From: an uncultured Thermodesulfobacteriota bacterium
GTDB lineage: Bacteria > Desulfobacterota > BSN033 > WVXP01
DNA: 62,981 bases
NCBI GenBank assembly: GCA_964348185.1
Contig: CAYGBW010000003.1
Span: 1-62,981, forward strand
Direction: 5' to 3'
Shown here piece after piece: positions 53,558-62,173 of the stretch. Position numbers and translations under genes: made by a program. Under the pieces are notes generated by a model that was not told where the DNA came from, ran no database searches, and saw only the letters and a program-made list of their open reading frames with translations. Within the stretch, counting starts at the first letter, position 1; the number at the start of each line of letters is the position of its first letter.

Positions 53558-54814
53558 CTATCCCTCCTTTACCCCCCTGTCCTTTCGATATTCCTTGATG
53601 AGGGTTTTCATCCTCTTGGCCAGGAATTCCGTTTCATACACCTTTTCACTCCCATAGATCTCGACCCGTGCCGGCAAATCCTTCGTCCCTTCCCGTAGGA
53701 TCTCCAGAGACTCCCTCTCCTTATTGCCGCAAAGCAACAGCACGACGGGAAATCCCGGTTTATCCATCAGTTCCTCCCTGAGGGCTTTCACCACCCCATG
53801 GGCGTGGTGCCACTGCTCTTGATTTGCCACGATGAATCCGCCGAGCATATAGCCCTCGATGCCGGCCTGTGACAGGATCACTTTGGCTGCCCGGTAGACT
53901 TTTGCTGCGGTGGGATTTCCACTGGTATCGGCGTAGTTGGCGATCTTCAACCCCTGTCGATTCAAGGCGTCCACTCCCAGAATGGCGCCACCCCCTCCTA
54001 TTCCATGGTAGCCCACAACGCCCTGCTCCTTGATTTCGGGGATCATTTGTGCGATGTAACAGGTTCCCCGGAGATCCCCCTCCTCGATTTGCCAGGCTAT
54101 CTTGTCCAGTTCCGTAGGAGGCGTGGAGGCCTCGCGGGCCACGTCGATTCCGAGCTCGGGATGGCGGAATACCGATGAGTCGTCGATAGCCATCCGGCAA
54201 TCCGCGGCGTATACCTTCCCATCCTTAGTCAAGACGAGGGGGTTAATCTCGGCCGTCCGAGAGTTGTACCCCTTAGACGTTTCATACAAGCCGAGTATGG
54301 TTTGGGCAATGGCTGGGAGGAGTTTGGTCGGGACCTTCAACTTGATGGCCAGATTGAGAGCATCGTAGAAGCGGAGACCCCGAATGACATCCACGCTCAT
54401 CTGGGCGATCTTTTCCGCAGGCACCTCTTCGATGTCCACGCCTCCTTCCGTGCTGAACATAACAACGGGAGCTCGGACCTCCCTTGAGGCATCGATGATC
54501 ACCCCAGCGTAGAACTCCCTATCGATATCGAGTTTTTCCTCGACGAGTACCCTTTCCACCGTGAGGCTCTTAATCTCAGACCCCAGGAGTTGACTGGCAA
54601 CCTTTTCGGCTTCTTCCGGGCTTTGAGCGAACTGGATGCCCCCTGCCTTTCCCCGTCCCCCAGCCCAGATCTGCGATTTAATGGCGACGGGTTTGCCCAC
54701 CTTCTCCGCGATCTTCTTCGCTTCCTGGGGAGTGGTCGCAACCTCTCCCTCAGGGATCGGCACCTTGGCCTTTTTGAGCAACTCTTTCCCCTGATATTCG
54801 AATAATCGAGCCAT
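53558..54814 (-). CDS. sucC: Succinyl-CoA synthetase beta-subunit-like ATP-grasp protein (divergent; substrate uncertain)
   Basis: 418 aa. The N-terminus MARLFEYQGKELLKKAKVPIPEG...VAIKSQIWAGGRGKAGGI is SucC-like. The C-terminal ligase-CoA half diverges from canonical SucC. Confidence 0.7.
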   Translation of the reverse strand: MARLFEYQGKELLKKAKVPIPEGEVATTPQEAKKIAEKVGKPVAIKSQIWAGGRGKAGGIQFAQSPEEAEKVASQLLGSEIKSLTVERVLVEEKLDIDREFYAGVIIDASREVRAPVVMFSTEGGVDIEEVPAEKIAQMSVDVIRGLRFYDALNLAIKLKVPTKLLPAIAQTILGLYETSKGYNSRTAEINPLVLTKDGKVYAADCRMAIDDSSVFRHPELGIDVAREASTPPTELDKIAWQIEEGDLRGTCYIAQMIPEIKEQGVVGYHGIGGGGAILGVDALNRQGLKIANYADTSGNPTAAKVYRAAKVILSQAGIEGYMLGGFIVANQEQWHHAHGVVKALREELMDKPGFPVVLLLCGNKERESLEILREGTKDLPARVEIYGSEKVYETEFLAKRMKTLIKEYRKDRGVKEG

Positions 54815-55149
54815 GATTACCTCCTAGGGACCTCCTCATCAGTTTCAGGCTTTTGTTACGACTGCTCGGTTGGTCAATGTTTTCGGTCGATTTACCACAT
54901 TGCTCGTATAACTGTACCAGACATATCTCCAGGGGGTCAAAGCTTTTCTCGGAATGCTCTTGTCTTGATAGAAAAGAAGCAAACGTTATGTTGTCCCTCT
55001 GCTTGAACATCCTAGCAAGAGGTTTTATGCTCAGGAATTGATGACTCTCGTTAAGGGACAAAATGGTGCTCAGGACTTTGATACAGTCGGTGAAGGTCGG
55101 TTGGAAAGCGAAGGGTTGAGATTCGTTGATCTATGGGAAGAATCACGCG

Positions 55150-55178
55150 TTGACTTCTGACAATACCCCTGATAGATT
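55150..55178 (+). promoter_or_regulatory. Possible promoter of the 2-oxoacid:ferredoxin oxidoreductase operon
   Basis: TTGACT (55150-55155), 17 nt, TAGATT (55173-55178). Confidence 0.35.
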
Positions 55179-55249
55179 ATTCCCCTGCACCCGTCAAGAA
55201 TAGCTCTGTCAAAACGGGCAACGGCCAGTAGGGATAGGGACCGAGAGTT

Positions 55250-55510
55250 TTGGAGACACCGGTTTTGAAACGCTATATGATTTTCGTAAATGAAGCGAAT
55301 TGTAAGGGGTGCGGGATATGTGTCTACTTCTGTCCCAGGGAAGCCGTAAAGCTTTCAGAAGAGTTCAATGACAAAGGCCGGAACGTACCGGTTCCATCAG
55401 ATATGGAGAGATGTTCGGGCTGTCGTCTTTGCGAGTTATACTGTCCGGATTTTGCGATCGCAATCCAGGACATCGGTACACCTGGAGGCACGGGCCGAGA
55501 GAACAGATAA
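55250..55510 (+). CDS. korD: 2-oxoacid:ferredoxin oxidoreductase delta subunit (2x[4Fe-4S] ferredoxin)
   Basis: Two CxxCxxCxxxCP motifs (CKGCGICVYFCP, CSGCRLCELYCP). The start is uncertain: TTG 55250 as listed, or ATG 55277. Confidence 0.8.
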   Translation: METPVLKRYMIFVNEANCKGCGICVYFCPREAVKLSEEFNDKGRNVPVPSDMERCSGCRLCELYCPDFAIAIQDIGTPGGTGRENR

Positions 55511-55625
55511 CCGGTGGGGTGGAGAAAAGCGTTTCATCCCTCTCAATTCCCATGGCCAAACCGAATCGAGAAAGTGTAGCTCCCATGAAGACGAATAGAA
55601 ACCAGGTTTTGGTGTGAGGTGAGCC

Positions 55626-56780
55626 TTGTTGGGCAAGAGGGTCAGGACCGGCACATTTTTTATGCAAGGCAACGAGGCCTGCTCTGAAGGAGCCATCGCG
55701 GCCGGTTGTAACTTGTTTGCAGGATATCCCATAACGCCTGCCACAGAGATCTCCGAGCTTATGGCCAGACGGCTTCCGGAGGTTGGGGGGATATACGTTC
55801 AGGGAGAAGACGAGCTTGCCTCTCTTGGAGTGGTGTTGGGGGCATCGGCGGGTGGGTGGAAAGCTATGACCGCAACCTCAGGAAATGGCATATGCCTGAT
55901 GCAGGAGGAGATCGGCTATGCGGCAATGGCGGAGATCCCGTGTGTAATTTTGGATGCCCAGAGAGTCGGGCCAGGAACGGGAGCGGCAACGAAGAGCATG
56001 CAGGGTGATGTTTACCAGGTAAGATACGGAAGTAATGCAGATTATTCTATTATTGCACTTGCTCCGAATTCGCCCCTGGAGATGTTTGACCTCACCATTG
56101 AGGCCTTCAACTACTCGGAGGCTTATAGGACCCCTGTGATTATTCTATCGGACGAAATCGTTAGCCACATGCGTGAAAGGGTAACCATTCCTGCACCCGA
56201 GAAGATCAAGCTCATCAATAGGAAAAAGCCCAATGTGCCCCCAGAAGATTTCGTTCCCTTTCAGGCAGATAGCCCCACAGGAGTCCCTCCAATGCCCTCA
56301 TTCGGGGACGGCTATGCGCTCCCCGTCTCGAGTTTCACGCGGACAGAGACGGGCAGGCCTGCCACGGATTCCCAAACCCATGCCCGGTTGGTTCAGAGGC
56401 TCTGGGATAAGATTGAAAAAAATGCGGACTCTATAGTCAGGGTTGAATCCGAGGGACTGGAGGATGCTGAAGTCGCAATTGTCTGCTATGGAAGCGTCGC
56501 CAGGGTGGCAAAGGACGCGACGAGGAGGCTGAGGTCTGAAGGTATGAGAGTCGCTTTCTTGAGACTCATCACCCTTTGGCCATTTCCTGATAGACGGGTC
56601 GAAGAAGTTGCAAAGCACGTGAAGGCACTTTTCGTTCCTGAGATGAACCTGGGAAAAATAGTCCGTGAAGTGGAGCGGTCAGCCGGGAAGTATGCTGAGG
56701 TCTTCCCTATTCCCAAACCCGGGGTAGACATCCATACGCCCGAGGAGATTCAGAAAATGGTTCGGAGTCTTTTTCCGTGA
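55626..56780 (+). CDS. korA: 2-oxoacid:ferredoxin oxidoreductase alpha subunit (likely 2-oxoglutarate)
   Basis: 384 aa. MQGNEACSEGAIAAGCNLFAGYPITPATEI is the typical N-terminus. The start is uncertain (TTG 55626 or ATG 55662). Confidence 0.85.
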   Translation: MLGKRVRTGTFFMQGNEACSEGAIAAGCNLFAGYPITPATEISELMARRLPEVGGIYVQGEDELASLGVVLGASAGGWKAMTATSGNGICLMQEEIGYAAMAEIPCVILDAQRVGPGTGAATKSMQGDVYQVRYGSNADYSIIALAPNSPLEMFDLTIEAFNYSEAYRTPVIILSDEIVSHMRERVTIPAPEKIKLINRKKPNVPPEDFVPFQADSPTGVPPMPSFGDGYALPVSSFTRTETGRPATDSQTHARLVQRLWDKIEKNADSIVRVESEGLEDAEVAIVCYGSVARVAKDATRRLRSEGMRVAFLRLITLWPFPDRRVEEVAKHVKALFVPEMNLGKIVREVERSAGKYAEVFPIPKPGVDIHTPEEIQKMVRSLFP

Positions 56781-57631
56781 GCGATATTGATGCAAAGGGT
56801 CAGGGCTTGGTGAGGCATCCTGCCTTAAAACATTTCAGAGAGGATAGCCCCGGGACCCCTCATTTGTGGTGTCCAGGTTGTGGCATCGGCCAGGTGTGGC
56901 ACTATACCATCAAGGCCATAGAGGAACTGGGACTTGATGAGGATAAGGTGCTATGGGTTGGGGGAAGCGGCTGTACCGGGAGAATGTGTACCTATTGGCA
57001 CAAAGACTTCTTCCATACGTTGCATGGGAGAGCTCTTCCCTTTGCCACAGGGGTGAAACTGGCAAGGCCGGAGCTTACCGTTCTGGTCCACAGTGGCGAT
57101 GGCGAGTGCGTTGCCATAGGGGGAAACCATCTGATTCATGCAGCAAGGCGAAATGTGGATCTCAACCTCATTGCCATCAATAACTTCAATTATGGGATGA
57201 CCGGTGGACAGTTTTCACCCACAACACCCACAAACGTCTATACTCCAACCTCCCCCTACAAGAATGTGGAGGCCCCATTTGATCTTTCGGGTCTGATGCG
57301 GGAGGCAGGTGCGACGTATATCGCACGGTGGACCGTATTCCATGCCAGACAAGTCATCACCGCAATAAAGAAAGGCATCGAGAATAAGGGGTTCAGCTTC
57401 ATAGAGATACTCTCTCAATGCCCGACTCAGTACGGCCGAAGGAACAAGCTCGGTAACGCATTCGAAATGATGGAGTGGCTTAGAGGGAATGCCGTTACGA
57501 AGGACAAGGCCGAAAAGATGTCACCCAAGGAACGGGAAGGCAAATTCCTGATCGGTGAGCTTTACAGCGCCACAAGGCCTGAGTTCTCCGAATGCATGAG
57601 AGGCTTGGCTGGTGAGGCCTCCCAGGATTGA
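56777..57631 (+). CDS. korB: 2-oxoacid:ferredoxin oxidoreductase beta subunit (TPP-binding)
   Basis: 284 aa. Has WCPGCGIGQ and the GDGE...GGNH TPP motif. The GTG start overlaps the korA stop. Confidence 0.85.
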   Translation: MSDIDAKGQGLVRHPALKHFREDSPGTPHLWCPGCGIGQVWHYTIKAIEELGLDEDKVLWVGGSGCTGRMCTYWHKDFFHTLHGRALPFATGVKLARPELTVLVHSGDGECVAIGGNHLIHAARRNVDLNLIAINNFNYGMTGGQFSPTTPTNVYTPTSPYKNVEAPFDLSGLMREAGATYIARWTVFHARQVITAIKKGIENKGFSFIEILSQCPTQYGRRNKLGNAFEMMEWLRGNAVTKDKAEKMSPKEREGKFLIGELYSATRPEFSECMRGLAGEASQD

Positions 57632-57706
57632 GGGAGTCTCTCAAGATCGCAGATCCATCAGAGCATTCCTCGGAGCTGTGGGTGTTTTTCCGAGAGAAGG
57701 AGAGGT

Positions 57707-58267
57707 GTGCTAACATTGGCAAGACATGAGGTTCGAATAGCAGGCTATGGAGGTCAGGGGGTGATTTTGAGCGGTATTGTGCTGGGGACTGCAGCGGCAA
57801 TATATGGGGGCCGGTTCTGCACCCAGGTACAATCGTATGGGCCTGAGGCCAGGGGAGGGGCCTGCAAAAGCGAAGTTGTCATAGCTGATGAGGAGATATT
57901 TTCTCCAGTCGTCACGGCCCCTGATTTCTTGGTTGTTATGTCTCAAGAGGCTCTGGACAAGTATGTTTCAGATCTTCGTGATGGAGGTACTCTCATAGCG
58001 GATGAAGACTTGGTGAGAAACATTCCAGAGAGAGAGGACATTCATGTTTACAGGGTCCCGGTGGCCAGGGTAGCCAATAGGAAACTGGGAAATCGAATGT
58101 TCACCAATATCGTCATGCTTGGGGCTTTCGCAGGCATTACGGGTATTGTTTCCAAAGACGAAATGCGGGAGGCCGTGAAGAACACTGTCCCAAAGCCAAC
58201 GGTTGATAGGAACCTGACGGCCCTAGAGGAAGGGTTGACCTTAGCAAAGGAAGCAAAATCGGAGTGA
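57707..58267 (+). CDS. korC: 2-oxoacid:ferredoxin oxidoreductase gamma subunit
   Basis: 186 aa. Reads RIAGYGGQGVILSG...QSYGPEARGG. GTG start with GAAGGAGAGG upstream. Confidence 0.85.
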   Translation: MLTLARHEVRIAGYGGQGVILSGIVLGTAAAIYGGRFCTQVQSYGPEARGGACKSEVVIADEEIFSPVVTAPDFLVVMSQEALDKYVSDLRDGGTLIADEDLVRNIPEREDIHVYRVPVARVANRKLGNRMFTNIVMLGAFAGITGIVSKDEMREAVKNTVPKPTVDRNLTALEEGLTLAKEAKSE

Positions 58268-58414
58268 CTGGGTCGCAGTGAGCCATGCCTGGTTCGCATC
58301 TTAACCTTTATAAAGCGAATTCGCGACTTCCTTGAGCCCTCATGGGGTTTACCCCCCCCGGGGGGCGAGTTTCGGGAACGAGGATCTTTCATGAAAGAGA
58401 CAGGAATGACCTCT

Positions 58415-58816
58415 TTACGGCTCTGACAGCTCGAAAGGAATGCCATTTAATGCACTCGGCATAGCAAAAGCGATCTTTTTCCCCCGTAAGCCTAACCGGG
58501 GTTTCTGGTCAGCCATCTCCACCCCTCGATGCTTCAGTCTTTCAATATCGACTTCAATCTCATCGGTTAGGAGAGAGAAATGATGAATGGCGTCTCCTCT
58601 TTCCTTAACAAACCGCGCAAACTCACCGTCCTCGCTACAGTCTTGAAGCAGTTCAAGCGCAACCCCTCCCAAATCGACCAGTGCAAATTTCATCTTCTCT
58701 TCTTGATTATCTCGAACTTGAGGGATCGGAATGTCAAGCGCTTTTGAAATGGCGGCAAGGCTTTTTTCAATGTCTCTGACCGCAATGCCTATATGTCCGA
58801 TACCTTTGATCATCAT
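58415..58816 (-). CDS. mce: Methylmalonyl-CoA epimerase (VOC/glyoxalase fold)
   Basis: 133 aa. GIGHIGIAVRDIEKS ... ALELLQ ... IHHFSL ... are typical epimerase motifs. Confidence 0.75.
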   Translation of the reverse strand: MMIKGIGHIGIAVRDIEKSLAAISKALDIPIPQVRDNQEEKMKFALVDLGGVALELLQDCSEDGEFARFVKERGDAIHHFSLLTDEIEVDIERLKHRGVEMADQKPRLGLRGKKIAFAMPSALNGIPFELSEP

Positions 58817-58919
58817 CGCCTCCGCGGGTTATGTCTCTTCTGACTCCAGTAGAATGAAGGATCCTATGCGCGGCGACGTTATTGTTTGCGCACAATTCTT
58901 GGGCAAAGAGGAATCCTTT

Positions 58920-59002
58920 CCCGTAGGGGCGGGCTTTATGCCCGCCCGTGGGGGCGCTTTTGATACCGCTTTTCGGGCGGGCATAAAGCCCGCCCCTACG
59001 GG
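58920..59002. repeat. REP-like double hairpin with a perfect 28-bp inverted repeat
   Basis: cccgtaggggcgggctttatgcccgccc (58920-58947) and its exact reverse complement gggcgggcataaagcccgcccctacggg (58975-59002). Each arm is itself a hairpin (GGGCGGGC tttat GCCCGCCC). Confidence 0.85.
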
Positions 59003-59298
59003 AAGAAGTCGGCTCATTTGGATCATCCGCAGATACTCTTGTCGCTATGTCTTAGATGATGTGAGGGTATTATCATTCTATTCCTTTTGTCAATATCCTG
59101 ATGGTCTCCTTACGGGGGCGTACTGCTCTTCAAGCTGATTTAGCTGGTAGGGGGGGGTAGAGGGGATTGTGGGCCGAATCCAGCAGATCATCCTGCCATT
59201 TAGCAAGCATGAACCGACAAAAGATGTTATAAATATAGACCCTGTGGCGGGTATGTCTTGTTTGGACGACACTCTTCTGAACGTAAGGACAGGGACCG

Positions 59299-60468
59299 TT
59301 GACTCCTCCAGTTCCTTTGAGGCAGATTTTCCTTCTCGTCGCCATCTCTTATCTGAACTTCCTGTCACGAATCGTTCTTGCACCCTTGCTCCCCGTTGTT
59401 CGAGTTGAATTTGGTTTGGGGCACGGTGAGGCGGGATCCCTGTTTCTCTTTGCGAGCATCGGGTACTGTGCAGGGCTTTTTGGGTCCACGTTCATTTCTT
59501 CCCAACTGAACCACCGGCGGACGATCCTTTTGTCGGCTTTTGCGGTCGGGGGCTCAATCGTGGCGACGTCAAGAGCAGCCTCGGTTCTCTGGATGGATGC
59601 AGGGCTCTTGCTTGTTGGCGCTGCCGGGGGATTGTATTTGCCATCTGGAATCGCCATGTTAGCTGAGATGATTAGCAAAAAACACTGGGGGAAAGCCATG
59701 GCCATTCACGAAGTGGCCCCAAATCTCGGTCTGTTTACGGCTCCCCTGTTCGCTGAGTTCTTGCTAAGGTGGGTCGGTTGGCGGGATGTCCTTGGCCTAT
59801 TAGGGGTTTCGTCGATCGTCATGGGGGTTTTGTTTTTGCTCCTCGTTCGGGGAGGAAGTCAAAAGGGAGAGCCTCCCCATCCCAAGGCAATGGAGAAGGT
59901 ATTGGGGAAACCTTCCTTCTGGATCATGGCAGCCGTGTTTGTCCTGCTCCTTGGTGCAGAGATGGGCGTCTACACCATGCTGCCCCTCTTTCTCGTCGAT
60001 GAACTGAGGTTTGGCAGAGAATTGGCAAACACACTCATCGGTCTGACCCGGGGGTTTATTGTGGTGATTGTTTTTTTCTCGGGCGTGATCGCAGATCGGA
60101 TCGGCCACCAGAAAGCCATGGTTTTGTTCCTGGCCATGACCGGAGCCCTAACCCTCATGCTCGGGGTTCTCCATGGCCCCTTTGCCACAACGGCATTGAT
60201 GTTCCTTCAGGCAGCTTTTTTGGCCTGTGTGTTCCCCGCGGCTCTGGCCGTGGTTTCACTGATTTTTCCCTCCGATCTTCAGGGATTGGCGGTCTCATTC
60301 TTGGTACTCATCGGATTTCTCTTGGGAGGGGGGGCTATACCCCCCGGTATCGGATACCTGGCAGATGCATCATCCTTTTCCTTCGGCTTCGCCCTTATGG
60401 GCATCCTGATTTTGACTTTCCAGCCCGTGTTGTTGTACCTTAGACCTGGTTCCCATCTCGATGAATGA
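59299..60468 (+). CDS. MFS transporter
   Basis: 389 aa with about 12 predicted TM segments. The N-terminus is uncertain because the ORF begins with TTG. Confidence 0.75.
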   Translation: MTPPVPLRQIFLLVAISYLNFLSRIVLAPLLPVVRVEFGLGHGEAGSLFLFASIGYCAGLFGSTFISSQLNHRRTILLSAFAVGGSIVATSRAASVLWMDAGLLLVGAAGGLYLPSGIAMLAEMISKKHWGKAMAIHEVAPNLGLFTAPLFAEFLLRWVGWRDVLGLLGVSSIVMGVLFLLLVRGGSQKGEPPHPKAMEKVLGKPSFWIMAAVFVLLLGAEMGVYTMLPLFLVDELRFGRELANTLIGLTRGFIVVIVFFSGVIADRIGHQKAMVLFLAMTGALTLMLGVLHGPFATTALMFLQAAFLACVFPAALAVVSLIFPSDLQGLAVSFLVLIGFLLGGGAIPPGIGYLADASSFSFGFALMGILILTFQPVLLYLRPGSHLDE

Positions 60469-60668
60469 TTGTAGTCGAGAACGATCGTCTCCATCGCATC
60501 AACCAGCGGAGTGGAACCCTGGAAGAACTGGCCTATCTTGCAAGGGGAAGGGACCTTCTGGCCATCAGCGACGAGGTGTACGATCGGTTGTTGTTCGATG
60601 GGCTCAACCACGAAAGCTTGCAGGACGTTGAAAGACAACAGACTGGTAACTATCGATCCTTCGACTAA
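60465..60668 (+). pseudogene. Internal fragment of a class I/II (aspartate-type) aminotransferase
   Basis: LEELAYLARGRDLLAISDEVYDRLLFDGLNHESL matches ..L..IA.LA...D..VISDEVY..L.FDG..H.S of PLP fold-type I aminotransferases. Only about 60 codons remain. Confidence 0.5.
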
Positions 60669-60841
60669 TGGGGGAAAACAGATTATGGGACGGTGAGTTC
60701 CCTGATCGCACCTGGGTCTTGATTAAGGAATGATGATCAACTTAAACTTAAGAACAAAGCGGGATCCGATCTACCGGTCCCGCGCTAAGGGAGTCCGTTT
60801 CTACTGGGGTGCCGCAAAAAATCCAGAGGGGAGGATCAACC

Positions 60842-61045
60842 ATGGCCGATAAGTCGAGACGAGTCATTCGAAAGCTTGCATGTCCCGAGGGGAGGGGGGA
60901 GGCGTCTCTTCTCGTCGAATGGGAGATTGAAAAGGGGAGGAAAACCCTTCGGAGCATCGATTGTGATAATCCCTTGCTGAGGGATTACAGTGGTGAGAAT
61001 TGTGACTGGCAATGCTGGGAGAAAATCTCCAGGGGAAAGCCGTAG
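60842..61045 (+). CDS. Small Cys-containing hypothetical protein
   Basis: ATG 60842 follows GGGGAGGA. 67 aa: MADKSRRVIRKLACPEGRGEASLLVEWEIEKGRKTLRSIDCDNPLLRDYSGENCDWQCWEKI. Four Cys and no recognised family. Confidence 0.45.
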   Translation: MADKSRRVIRKLACPEGRGEASLLVEWEIEKGRKTLRSIDCDNPLLRDYSGENCDWQCWEKISRGKP

Positions 61046-61199
61046 GATAGGGCGGCAGGGATCGGCTTGCAAGAGTGCATACGCATTTAGCGAGCAGGGG
61101 TCACCATTCAGTTTCGGGATGAAGGCCCTGAGCGCGTGTCTTGCTTCGGTAATCCGATTCGTTAGCGTCTTTCGTTCTGACTCTGCTGACGCCAGGCAG

Positions 61200-61982
61200 C
61201 TATCTCTCGTCGTGCAGAATCCTTGGCCCTGTAGGGACGTCCAAACCCTCGCGGTTGAAGTGAAGGGTCGGGACCGCCAGTTCTGTGTTTTCTTTTTTTG
61301 CTGCGGCATCGGTCAATCGTTGACGGTATCCTGACTTGTGGTGCCACCGACTCCCTTTGGAATATGAATAGACGGGCTTGTAGAACCCTTCTGGATACTG
61401 TCGAGCTTCCCACAAACCCCTATTCATGGTGGGATCGAGGATATAGACCTTTCCGTTGAGATAGTAAACGACCCAGGCATGATTCATGGGTTTATCGATC
61501 CGATGCCTCCCGACAACCAGCCTCACATTCTCAAACCCCAGCCGGATGAGGGTGGCATAGAGCCAAACGGCTATGTCCTCGCAGTCTCCAGCGCCTCTGG
61601 CTTCGGTCTCTTCTGGCAGTTGCCAGTAGTCCCTGGAGGATTCATCCACCCCGTGGAAATAGACCGGAGGGCCATCCGCCGTGTCGCCCCAGCCCCTTTC
61701 ATCAGGAACGTATTTGAACCTCCATGCGATCTTCAAGTATTGCTTCAAAACGCTGAGCTGATCTGAGGGGTCTGATGTCTGAGATATCGCACTGCTTTGA
61801 GGGTACCCCGGCTTTTCTCTCTCAAGATACGTTTGAATCCGTCGATACCGGGAATCGAAGGGGGTGACAGATGTCACGACTCCAACATAGTCGTACTCCG
61901 CGGCCGTCGCTTCCCCACAGAGGGGGAGTCCCCATGTCGCGACCAGAAAGAGAACCAAGAGAATTCTCGCAACCCTCAACAT
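61200..61982 (-). CDS. Secreted bacterial transglutaminase-like cysteine protease (BTLCP / LapG-like)
   Basis: ATG 61982 gives the signal peptide MLRVARILLVLFLVATWGLPLCGEATA (the ORF track lists TTG 62006). Cys-His-Asp context: GAGDCEDIAVWLYATL ... MNHAWVVYY ... ILDPT. Confidence 0.7.
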   Translation of the reverse strand: MLRVARILLVLFLVATWGLPLCGEATAAEYDYVGVVTSVTPFDSRYRRIQTYLEREKPGYPQSSAISQTSDPSDQLSVLKQYLKIAWRFKYVPDERGWGDTADGPPVYFHGVDESSRDYWQLPEETEARGAGDCEDIAVWLYATLIRLGFENVRLVVGRHRIDKPMNHAWVVYYLNGKVYILDPTMNRGLWEARQYPEGFYKPVYSYSKGSRWHHKSGYRQRLTDAAAKKENTELAVPTLHFNREGLDVPTGPRILHDER

Positions 61983-62173
61983 CTTCCTCCTATCCTCTCT
62001 CGACAAGGACGAAGAAATCCCCTCCGACCGGATGGGCCACTCGTGATCATACCTTCGGCAGTCCCGCTACCATGATCCCAGGCCAAGGATTTTGGGCCGG
62101 CGAGTTTGCGTCCTATCCTTTCAAATCGTTTGCCCTTGTCGGATATGTTTAGTCGGCTCTTCAAGCAAGGGTC

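Noticed and set aside
58731-59138. ORFs with GAGFMPARGG / RAGIKPAPTG peptides
   Set aside because: These are translations of the REP-like double hairpin on both strands.
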